From: a virus
Lineage: Duplodnaviria > Heunggongvirae > Uroviricota > Caudoviricetes
Direction: 5' to 3' (one strand)
DNA length: 20,812 nucleotides
IMG/VR virus record: IMGVR_UViG_2534681662_000008
Location: 1-20,812 of that record
In this document: piece by piece, positions 1 to 6,334 of the stretch
How the letters are laid out: each line of letters starts with the position of its first letter
How positions within the stretch are numbered: the first letter of the stretch is position 1
The notes under the pieces: model-generated
What the model was told of the DNA's origin: nothing
Seen by the model: only the letters and a program-made list of their open reading frames with translations
The model's database searches: none
Program-made: the position numbers and the translations under genes

Positions 1-291
1 GAGGAGGGAAAGCGTTATCGCCGGGCTGTGGCGCTTATTGTTCGCCAGCAGCGGCTGAAATTAAGGCTGTCCGGAAGGCTGGCGATAAAGGTGATTGCAG
101 AGCCACCGGATAAGCGTCGTCGCGACCTGGACAATATCCTGAAAGCACCGCTGGATGCGCTGACGCATGCGGGAGTGTTAATGGACGATGAGCAGTTTGA
201 TGAAATCAATATTGTGCGCGGTCAGCTCGTTCCTGGTGGTCGGCTGGGCGTGAAGATTTACGAAATTACAGGTGATAACGATGGCGCGTGA
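1..291 (+). CDS. rusA: Holliday-junction resolvase RusA, 3' portion (5' end lies outside the window)
   Basis: Frame 1 is open from base 1 to TGA at 289-291. The translation (...[31 protein letters not shown]...[13 protein letters not shown]) matches the RusA C-terminal core as I recall it, and RusA sits immediately upstream of Q in lambdoid prophages. Confidence 0.75.
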   Translation, partial: EEGKRYRRAVALIVRQQRLKLRLSGRLAIKVIAEPPDKRRRDLDNILKAPLDALTHAGVLMDDEQFDEINIVRGQLVPGGRLGVKIYEITGDNDGA

Positions 292-667
292 TATTCAGCA
301 GGTTATGGAGCGGTGGGGAGCATGGGCTGCAAACAATCACGAAGATGTGTCATGGGAGTCAATAGCTGCTGGTTTTAAAGGATTAATCCCGCCGAAAGTG
401 AAATCACGCCCTCAGTGTTCTGATGATGATGCAATGATAATTTGTGGCTGCATGGCCCGGTTGAACAAGAAAAATCAGGATTTGCACGATTTGTTGGTGG
501 ATTATTACGTAGGTGGAATGACTTTTATGGGGCTGGCACGAAAGCATGGGTGTTCGGATACCTGTATTGGCAAGCGCCTGCAGAAAGCGGAAGGGGTTAT
601 TGATGGCATGTTGATGATGCTTGATATCCGACTGGAGATGGACAGATACGTAGAACGAATCATGTAG
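281..667 (+). CDS. Q: Late-gene antitermination protein Q (QuuD-like family)
   Basis: ATG at 281 is preceded by AGGTGA (270-275); stop TAG 665-667. [36 protein letters not shown]...CGCMARL...[20 protein letters not shown] closely resembles the cryptic-prophage Q homologue of E. coli (recalled). Overlaps the rusA stop by 11 nt. Confidence 0.8.
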   Translation: MARDIQQVMERWGAWAANNHEDVSWESIAAGFKGLIPPKVKSRPQCSDDDAMIICGCMARLNKKNQDLHDLLVDYYVGGMTFMGLARKHGCSDTCIGKRLQKAEGVIDGMLMMLDIRLEMDRYVERIM

Positions 668-671
668 GAGC

Positions 672-701
672 TTGACCAGACACATTGTCCGGGGCTATAT
701 T
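672..701 (+). promoter_or_regulatory. Candidate Q-dependent late promoter (pR'-like): -35 TTGACC (672-677), 18-bp spacer, -10 TATATT (696-701)
   Basis: Sigma70-like hexamers 5 nt downstream of the Q stop codon, which is the canonical position of pR' in lambdoid phages. Not verified experimentally or by a promoter model. Confidence 0.4.
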
Positions 702-764
702 TCCGACGCAACCGCAAAATCGGTTGTCGGGATTAGCACCCCGGATGTTTACGGAGCGATATGA

Positions 765-785
765 GGCGCGCCCGCGTCTTTTTTC
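765..785 (+). terminator. Weak hairpin plus T6 tract, candidate tR'-like terminator about 60 nt downstream of the candidate pR' start
   Basis: GGCGC(765-769)/GCGTC(774-778) stem with one G-U pair, followed by TTTTTT (779-784). Position fits the short pR'-tR' unit on which Q acts. Confidence 0.3.
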
Positions 786-948
786 ATATCGTTTGCACAG
801 TCATATTCGCGATTTATGGCGGGCTGTGTGGGGGAGCCGAAAGGCTCGCCGGTTTCCGTACCCGGTAGTGCTAACCCCGCACAGTTCGCCACCACGATGA
901 TTAGCACCTGACGGTGGCGATAATGTCCAAATGTACGGAGTTATCGTT

Positions 949-1536
949 ATGACCACTCAGATTTCTGTCGAAACTCTTTCCCCAATTACACACAACCAAA
1001 TTCCCGTTATCACTACCGAGTTACTGGCACAGCTTTACTGTACCGATATCAACAACATCAAAGTAAATTACACCCGTAATTCCGAGCGTTTTGTTGAGGG
1101 TAAACACTTTTTCAAGGTTGTTGGTGATGAGTTGAAAAATTTGCGGGTTACTTTAAGTAACTCACAAAATTTGCAACCATCTTTAAGAGGGTTACAAATT
1201 TCCCCGAAAACCCGCTCCCTTATCCTCTGGACAGAACGCGGAGCAGCCCGTCATGCCAAAATGCTGGAAACCGATCAGGCGTGGGATGTGTTCGAAAAAC
1301 TGGAAGACTGTTATTTCAGCCAGAAACAGCCACCAGCAGCACAAAACTCCCCAACACCAAATGATGGATGCGCATTGCTGATCCACTTCGATAAACATGG
1401 TCAGGTCGAATTCACGGAAAAAGCCCCCGCCGATGCGATGGTATGCACTCTGGAACGGTTTAAATTTTATCTGGAGCAATACGGCTGGATCGTTGCCCGT
1501 AAAGAGCAACTGGTGGAACGACTGATGAGGCTTTAA
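949..1536 (+). CDS. ORF6N-domain protein (phage antirepressor/KilA-like DNA-binding family)
   Basis: ATG 949 with GGAG 8 nt upstream; 195 aa. Motifs IPVITTELLAQLYCTDINNIKVNYTRNSERFVEGKHFFKVVGDELKNL and LILWTERGAARHAKML fit the ORF6N-domain pattern as I recall it. Call rests on motif recognition only. Confidence 0.55.
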   Translation: MTTQISVETLSPITHNQIPVITTELLAQLYCTDINNIKVNYTRNSERFVEGKHFFKVVGDELKNLRVTLSNSQNLQPSLRGLQISPKTRSLILWTERGAARHAKMLETDQAWDVFEKLEDCYFSQKQPPAAQNSPTPNDGCALLIHFDKHGQVEFTEKAPADAMVCTLERFKFYLEQYGWIVARKEQLVERLMRL

Positions 1537-1611
1537 AAATTTCCCCCGAACGCTTTACGATCGTAAAAAGTTGAATATCCTGTTAAGAGTGGTTACTACG
1601 CCACACAGCTT

Positions 1612-1638
1612 AAACCCGCCGCCGAGCGGGTTTTTTTG
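1612..1638 (+). terminator. Rho-independent terminator after the ORF6N gene
   Basis: Stem CCCGC(1615-1619)/GCGGG(1626-1630) flanked by AAA, followed by TTTTTTT (1631-1637). Confidence 0.6.
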
Positions 1639-1833
1639 TGTCCGGAAAGTGGTGCAGTACGTTAAATGCGCATGTTATTTTTCTAAAATTCATGAATAAT
1701 AAAAATACATACATATATTTACGAATATTGACATGATTTTCTATTGAAAAAAGAGCCGGCATTATTAATATCCATCTTCGGTTCCGAATGGGATATAAAG
1801 CGCGGTCATTTTTATTTCTCTTGAGGAACCAAT

Positions 1834-1909
<76 letters not shown>

Positions 1910-1912
1910 TAT

Positions 1913-1987
<75 letters not shown>

Positions 1988-2352
1988 GCATTTGCAACAA
2001 GCCTTATTGTATTGCGGCACTGGTGTATTTTTTATTACGTGGGAGCAGGTTGTTTTGAAAAAGCATTCTGTTCTCTGGCTATAATTTGAGGCCAGGTGTA
2101 GCCTCAGTGCTGATTTTTTTACGACAGCAGAATGGTGCATTATCGGTGGAGATTTTGTATTTCCTGGCAGGGTCGGTGATGCATCATTCTGGTGTTGTAA
2201 ATCGCACCAAAGAGGCGCACCTAAGTGCGAGTGTGGTTTAAAGAGTCGGTTTAGCTGGAAATCACAGTATCCATACAGCACGGAATACTTCGGGAGGCGC
2301 CAGACGCCTCGGTTTAATAACAATTAAAAAATTCATCCCTTGCATTGACCAA

Positions 2353-2377
2353 CCGCCATATCTGGCGGTTTTTTTAT
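2353..2377 (+). terminator. Rho-independent terminator (palindrome CCGCCA-TATC-TGGCGG plus T7)
   Basis: Perfect 6-bp stem (2353-2358 / 2363-2368) followed by TTTTTTTATT. Confidence 0.55.
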
Positions 2378-2702
2378 TCCTTTCTCATGACGAAAAAAGA
2401 CACGAGCATCCAGGAATACTCGTGGGACAACGTCCTTTGGATAGCAATTTGCGAGAGGGTGAAAAGTAGCGCGGTCGTCGGATTAAGACCGCGGGACAAA
2501 GTCCATGAAGAATAATAAGTATTGGCCCCCTTCCGGGGACATGTTCATACTACTAAGATTCAGAAGTGGTTTAAATCCTCAAATTAACATTAATTTCCGA
2601 TAAGTCTTATTTCATTTCTTTGCGCCACATCTGGCGCGCATCAAATAACGCCACGCAAAGGGCATCTGCGGATGCCGGTGCTTTTGACGGGGTGTTTTTT
2701 AC

Positions 2703-2725
2703 GGGCCGCTGGTGGCCCTTTTTTA
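2703..2725 (+). terminator. Rho-independent terminator 18 nt upstream of the holin ribosome-binding site
   Basis: Stem GGGCC(2703-2707)/GGCCC(2714-2718), loop GCTGGT, then TTTTTT (2719-2724). A second hairpin, GGCATC-TGCG-GATGCC at 2661-2676, lies just upstream. Confidence 0.55.
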
Positions 2726-2743
2726 TTTACAGGAGAAAAAAGT

Positions 2744-3136
2744 ATGTCTGAACCCTTATCCGGTTCCGGCACGGCTGCGGCGCTCGGCGGGGCGACGGTG
2801 TACGGGCTGTTTACCGGGACGGATTTCGGGATTGTGTTTGGTGCGTTCGCCGGTGCGTTATTTGTGGCAACGATGCCGCAGGCGCTTTCAGCCTGGCGTG
2901 TGGCGGCGCATTTTCTGGTGTCGTTCATTATCGGCGTGCTGGGGGCAGAGGTTCTGGCGTCCTGGCTGGTAAAGCATACAGGGTTTGACGGTGCACCTGT
3001 CGACGCACTGTGTGCAGTGCTGGTGTCAGTGGTGTCGGTGAAGATTCTGTCGTTCATCCACCAGCAGGATATTGCATCACTGGTGTCCGGTGTGTTCTCC
3101 CGCCTGCGGGGCGGAGGAGGCGGCAATGTTAAGTAA
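2744..3136 (+). CDS. Putative holin (Gly-rich membrane protein with 3 predicted TM helices)
   Basis: ATG 2744 with AGGAGA at 2731-2736; 130 aa. Three hydrophobic segments and a charged C-terminus (SRLRGGGGGNVK). First gene of the lysis cassette, directly upstream of the endolysin. Family not pinned down. Confidence 0.55.
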   Translation: MSEPLSGSGTAAALGGATVYGLFTGTDFGIVFGAFAGALFVATMPQALSAWRVAAHFLVSFIIGVLGAEVLASWLVKHTGFDGAPVDALCAVLVSVVSVKILSFIHQQDIASLVSGVFSRLRGGGGGNVK

Positions 3137-3404
3137 CCTTCCCGGATTGCTGAATGTGGCGTTATGCACGGTTATCGTGCTGACGCTCTTTTTTTATCGT
3201 CGTCGTGACTCCAGACACAAACCGCTGATGTCATGGCTGGCCTGGCTGCTGATGCTGCTGTATGCCTTTGCGCCCCTCAGCTATCTGTGCGGTCGCCCGT
3301 TAGCGGCGAACTGGCTGGCGGTGGGGCTTAATCTGCTGTTCTGCGTGTTGGTGATTCGCGCACGCGGGAACGTTTCAAAAATCTTTGTATTACGAAGGCG
3401 CTGA
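3126..3404 (+). CDS. Second holin or antiholin-like lysis membrane protein (3 predicted TM helices)
   Basis: ATG 3126 with GGAGG at 3113-3117; overlaps the upstream gene by 11 nt; 92 aa. Hydrophobic segments LLNVALCTVIVLTLFFY, LMSWLAWLLMLLYAFAPL and ANWLAVGLNLLFCVLVI, with a basic C-terminal tail. Confidence 0.5.
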   Translation: MLSNLPGLLNVALCTVIVLTLFFYRRRDSRHKPLMSWLAWLLMLLYAFAPLSYLCGRPLAANWLAVGLNLLFCVLVIRARGNVSKIFVLRRR

Positions 3405-3405
3405 T

Positions 3406-3951
3406 ATGAAGTCGAAAGATGAAATTTTTGACGAAGTTCTGGGAAAAGAGGGCGGTTACGTCAATCACCAGGATGATAAAGGCGGACCGACAAAATGGGG
3501 TATTACTGAAAAAGTTGCCCGTGCGCACGGATACCAGGGCGATATGCGTGATCTGACGCGCGGACAGGCGCTGGAAATACTCGAGGCGGACTACTGGTAT
3601 GGACCACGTTTTGACCAGGTGGCAGCGTTATCCCCTGATATTGCCGCAGAGTTGTGTGATACGGGCGTCAACATGGGGCCAGCCGTGGCGTCAAAAATGC
3701 TTCAACGCTGGCTGAACGTTTTCAACCTGCGCGGGAAACTGTATCCGGATATGGATGCAGACGGACGTATCGGGCCGCGTACTCTTAATGCATTACGGGT
3801 ATATCTGAAAAATCGTGGCAGGGATGGAGAGCTGGTAATGCTGACCGCACTGAACTGTACGCAGGGTGACCGCTATCTGGAGCTGGCAGAGAAACGGGAG
3901 GCTAACGAGTCGTTTGTTTACGGCTGGATGAAAGAGCGCGTAGCAGTTTAA
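3406..3951 (+). CDS. Endolysin: GH108-type N-acetylmuramidase domain with a C-terminal peptidoglycan-binding domain
   Basis: ATG 3406 with GAAGG upstream; 181 aa. Contains the GH108 signature EGGYVNHQDDKGGPTKWGIT near the N-terminus, and the C-terminal half fits a PG_binding_3-like domain. Starts 1 nt after the stop of the preceding membrane protein. Confidence 0.85.
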   Translation: MKSKDEIFDEVLGKEGGYVNHQDDKGGPTKWGITEKVARAHGYQGDMRDLTRGQALEILEADYWYGPRFDQVAALSPDIAAELCDTGVNMGPAVASKMLQRWLNVFNLRGKLYPDMDADGRIGPRTLNALRVYLKNRGRDGELVMLTALNCTQGDRYLELAEKREANESFVYGWMKERVAV

Positions 3952-4046
3952 AAACTGACACTGAAGTGCTGAACACCCTCAACTCATGCAGGCTCTTTTT
4001 TGGGGTTACGATGAGCGAAGATAAGGGGGGGCAGCATCAGATAGCA

Positions 4047-4086
4047 AAAACCCCGGCTGCTGGAACAGTCCGGGGTTTTCTGTTTC
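4047..4086 (+). terminator. Strong rho-independent terminator downstream of the endolysin
   Basis: AAAACCCCGG (4047-4056) pairs with CCGGGGTTTT (4070-4079), followed by a TTTCTGTTTCT tract. Confidence 0.65.
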
Positions 4087-4112
4087 TGACCCTGGGTAAG
4101 GCAAAGGAGAAC

Positions 4113-4295
4113 ATGAGGAAGTATAAACTAATTCTGTTGAGGTTGACTATGAAAAACGGCCTTGAATTGAAAGCGCCCGTAACTGATGACATCAGCAGAG
4201 CGGTGGCTTTTGCCATTAAGTGGGTGGCTGTCGGTATCACTGTGTCTCCGATGCTGTATGGGATGGCAAAATTGATCATTGCTGTGAAATCGTAA
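4113..4295 (+). CDS. Small membrane protein (60 aa, C-terminal TM helix), function unknown
   Basis: ATG 4113 with a strong AAGGAG at 4103-4108. MRKYKLILLRLTMKNGLELKAPVTDDISRAVAFAIKWVAVGITVSPMLYGMAKLIIAVKS. An in-frame ATG at 4011 would extend the ORF through the terminator hairpin, which I consider less likely. Confidence 0.45.
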   Translation: MRKYKLILLRLTMKNGLELKAPVTDDISRAVAFAIKWVAVGITVSPMLYGMAKLIIAVKS

Positions 4296-4312
4296 GTGGG
4301 GCAGGGGTAAAT

Positions 4313-4447
4313 ATGTCAGATAGCATTATAAAACTGGCGCGAATTCTCTGTGTGGTTGTTGGCCTTTCATTTTCAGCAATGTTGGTTGCCATTTTCATTT
4401 CCACCACCTGGCGAGTATTGAGCTTATCCGGATTGATTGGTGGATAG
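4313..4447 (+). CDS. Very small single-TM protein (44 aa), function unknown
   Basis: ATG 4313, 18 nt after the previous stop. MSDSIIKLARILCVVVGLSFSAMLVAIFISTTWRVLSLSGLIGG. Weak ribosome-binding site. Coding status rests on tight packing and hydrophobic architecture only. Confidence 0.35.
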   Translation: MSDSIIKLARILCVVVGLSFSAMLVAIFISTTWRVLSLSGLIGG

Positions 4448-4451
4448 TGAG

Positions 4452-4634
4452 ATGAAGCGAAAACACTGGACACACAGAATGCCGCGAACGGCGGCGAAAT
4501 GGGCACTGGTAGCGATACTGGTGCCTTTTTTATTGGTGGGATGCGTCAGCCTGGATAAGGCGCGCCAGCTTTTCGATACAGCTTCTCAGGTCTGCAAAAT
4601 TGTCGACGGTGTCCGGCATTGTATGCAGAACTGA
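4452..4634 (+). CDS. Small predicted lipoprotein (lipobox LLVG-C, mature peptide about 30 aa with 3 further Cys)
   Basis: ATG 4452 (alternative ATG 4479), 5 nt after the previous stop. Basic N-region, hydrophobic core WALVAILVPFLL, lipobox LVGC, mature part CVSLDKARQLFDTASQVCKIVDGVRHCMQN. Not proline-rich like lambda Rz1. Confidence 0.5.
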   Translation: MKRKHWTHRMPRTAAKWALVAILVPFLLVGCVSLDKARQLFDTASQVCKIVDGVRHCMQN

Positions 4635-4805
4635 TCGCCTGTAAGAGCAGAATATTTTGCTGAAAAATGAAGGATGCGTCAGCGTCCGGAAAGCATGAAA
4701 TTCTGTGTTTGTGGCTACTCAATAAAATAAATTCTTTCTTTCGCCGCGAATACTCAAATGTTGATCAGTGCCCGGTGCGGTGACGGGCTTCGATATCAGG
4801 AGACG

Positions 4806-5156
4806 ATGATGGAAACAACAGAAAACAAACCGATTGTAATTGGTGCCGCTACTGTCCCGTTTAAGTTTGAGTTGTCTCAACTGGTGGAGATGCGCATCAG
4901 TGATGAATGGGGTGAGGTTAAAGCTCGCGCGCAGTATGCGGATGGCGAAAACCAGTACTTGATCCACTACAAGGCTGCTGATGGTCGCGCCACAACGGCG
5001 TGGTTTGGTGAGTCAATGCTGGGAGCAACAGAAGATGATCGCCATCCGGGCTGTCCGGTATTTGCCGGTATGAAATTACCGGAAGGTGCAGTTGAACTGC
5101 AGCCGGGGGCGGTGTTCGTAATGACAGACATCATTGATGGTAAACCGCAGTATTAG
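4806..5156 (+). CDS. Hypothetical soluble protein (116 aa), no family recognised
   Basis: ATG 4806 or 4809 with AGGAG at 4798-4802; stop TAG 5154-5156. No TM segments; acidic. Lies between the lysis region and cos. Confidence 0.5.
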   Translation: MMETTENKPIVIGAATVPFKFELSQLVEMRISDEWGEVKARAQYADGENQYLIHYKAADGRATTAWFGESMLGATEDDRHPGCPVFAGMKLPEGAVELQPGAVFVMTDIIDGKPQY

Positions 5157-5205
5157 CGTATTGAAATGAATAGTAAGAGTGCTCGCCTGATTCGTGAGTA
5201 ACAGG

Positions 5206-5244
5206 CATTACAGCAGCCCTTCACTCTAAGGGGTTGCTGTAATG
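5206..5244 (+). repeat. Long inverted repeat (hairpin with about 14-bp stem), not followed by a U-tract
   Basis: CATTACAGCAGCCC (5206-5219) pairs with GGGGTTGCTGTAATG (5230-5244): 10 perfect bp plus a G-U pair and 3 G-C pairs. Confidence 0.5.
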
Positions 5245-5597
5245 TGAGAAATAAAAAACCGGTCACAGGGAGCAGCTACACAGAAGCGGCCGGCGAAGAC
5301 CGCCAATACCACCCATGCATTGATGTAACATACTAATGACAATAGCCGCTATTGATGTAAATGCAATGTTATGCATCGACGAAAATAAAAAACCGGCAGG
5401 GGAAATCCATTGAAGATTTGCCGGTGGCAAAAGAGGGCCATGTTTTTAACCTTAGTCGCAGAGTTACGGAGTGCAACTACGAATGCTGCCGGTATATGGC
5501 TGAATGGCGTTTCAATGATGTACGTCATCTTATCTGTAAATGTTAATGACAAACGCTCTCATTTGTGCGGGTCCTTCCGGTGGGGTGGCCTGCCACG

Positions 5598-5609
5598 GGG
5601 CGGCAGCGG
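5598..5609 (+). other. cos site: cosN-like 12-mer GGGCGGCAGCGG, with a cosB-like terminase-binding region downstream (to about 5785)
   Basis: ACG-GGGCGGCAGCGG-CGCGGATTTTCGCTATTTATGAAAATTTTTCGG aligns with the phage lambda left end as I recall it (GGGCGGCGACCT-CGCGGGTTTTCGCTATTTATGAAAATTTTCCGG) and sits immediately upstream of the Nu1 gene, as in lambda. Confidence 0.6.
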
Positions 5610-5785
5610 CGCGGATTTTCGCTATTTATGAAAATTTTTCGGGAAAAAGCGTGTCGGTACTTCTCGTGTATAACTCATTGTTTTTTCATAAATCACATCC
5701 GTAAAAGGTACGACATGAAAGTGCCCGAAAAAGACGTTTTTGAGCACTTCCATGTCGGACCCTGCATTTGATATGGAAATGTTTT

Positions 5786-6334
5786 ATGAAGGTTAACAAA
5801 AAGAAGCTCGCGGAAATTTTCAACGTGGATCCACGAACGATTGAACGCTGGCAGTCTCAGGGGCTCTCTTGTGTCTCTGGTGGTAGTAAGGGGGTTGAAT
5901 CTGTATTTGATACCGCCATGGCAATTCAGTGGTATGCGCAGCGCGAAGCCGATATTGAAAACGAAAAACTCCGCAAAGAGACCGAGGATTTGCGTGCGGC
6001 TGCGGAATCATATTTACAACCCGGCACCATTGACTATGAGCGCTACCGACTCACAAAAGCACAGGCTGATGCACAGGAACTGAAAAATGCCCGCGAAGAA
6101 GGGCTGGTACTGGAAACGGAATTGTTTACCTTCATTCTGCAACGTGTGGCACAGGAGATTTCGGGGATACTTGTACGTGTGCCGCTGACATTACAGCGTA
6201 AATATCCGGATATTTCACCGTCACACCTTGATGTGGTGAAAACTGAAATCGCAAAAGCCTCCAACGTTGCAGCTAAAGCTGGTGAGAACGTAGGCGGGGG
6301 GATTGATGATTTCAGACGCACAGAAGGCAGCTAA
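5786..6334 (+). CDS. nu1: Terminase small subunit (lambda Nu1-like)
   Basis: [27 protein letters not shown]...IENEKLRKE...[23 protein letters not shown] is strongly similar to lambda Nu1. 182 aa; its 3' end overlaps the start of A. Confidence 0.9.
   Translation: MKVNKKKLAEIFNVDPRTIERWQSQGLSCVSGGSKGVESVFDTAMAIQWYAQREADIENEKLRKETEDLRAAAESYLQPGTIDYERYRLTKAQADAQELKNAREEGLVLETELFTFILQRVAQEISGILVRVPLTLQRKYPDISPSHLDVVKTEIAKASNVAAKAGENVGGGIDDFRRTEGS

Noticed and set aside
1640-1833. Looked for a sigma70 promoter dedicated to the tRNA pair in the AT-rich stretch upstream (TTGACA at 1728-1733, TATAAA at 1794-1799)
   Set aside because: The hexamers are not at a workable spacing from each other (no -35/-10 pair with a 16-18 bp spacer), so I cannot support a specific promoter call. 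The tRNAs may simply be processed from the late transcript.
1988-2743. Searched the Q-to-lysis slot for Shiga toxin (stxAB) or a porin gene
   Set aside because: No ORF of suitable size with a start codon and ribosome-binding site exists here in any frame; the region is non-coding in this element.
2641-3126. 161-aa Pro/Ala/Thr-rich ORF on the minus strand
   Set aside because: It is antisense to the holin gene and the terminator cluster and has low-complexity composition; the plus-strand membrane protein with a ribosome-binding site is the supported reading.
4011-4112. Upstream in-frame ATG at 4011 that would extend the first small membrane protein to 94 aa
   Set aside because: The extension would be translated through the strong terminator hairpin (4047-4086) and lacks a good ribosome-binding site, whereas ATG 4113 has AAGGAG at optimal spacing. 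Kept as an alternative only.
5349-5631. Short ORFs in the cos-proximal region (5361-5546 +, 5410-5631 +, 5349-5552 -)
   Set aside because: No ribosome-binding sites, mutually overlapping, Cys/Arg-rich low-complexity products, and located over the predicted cos/terminase-binding region.
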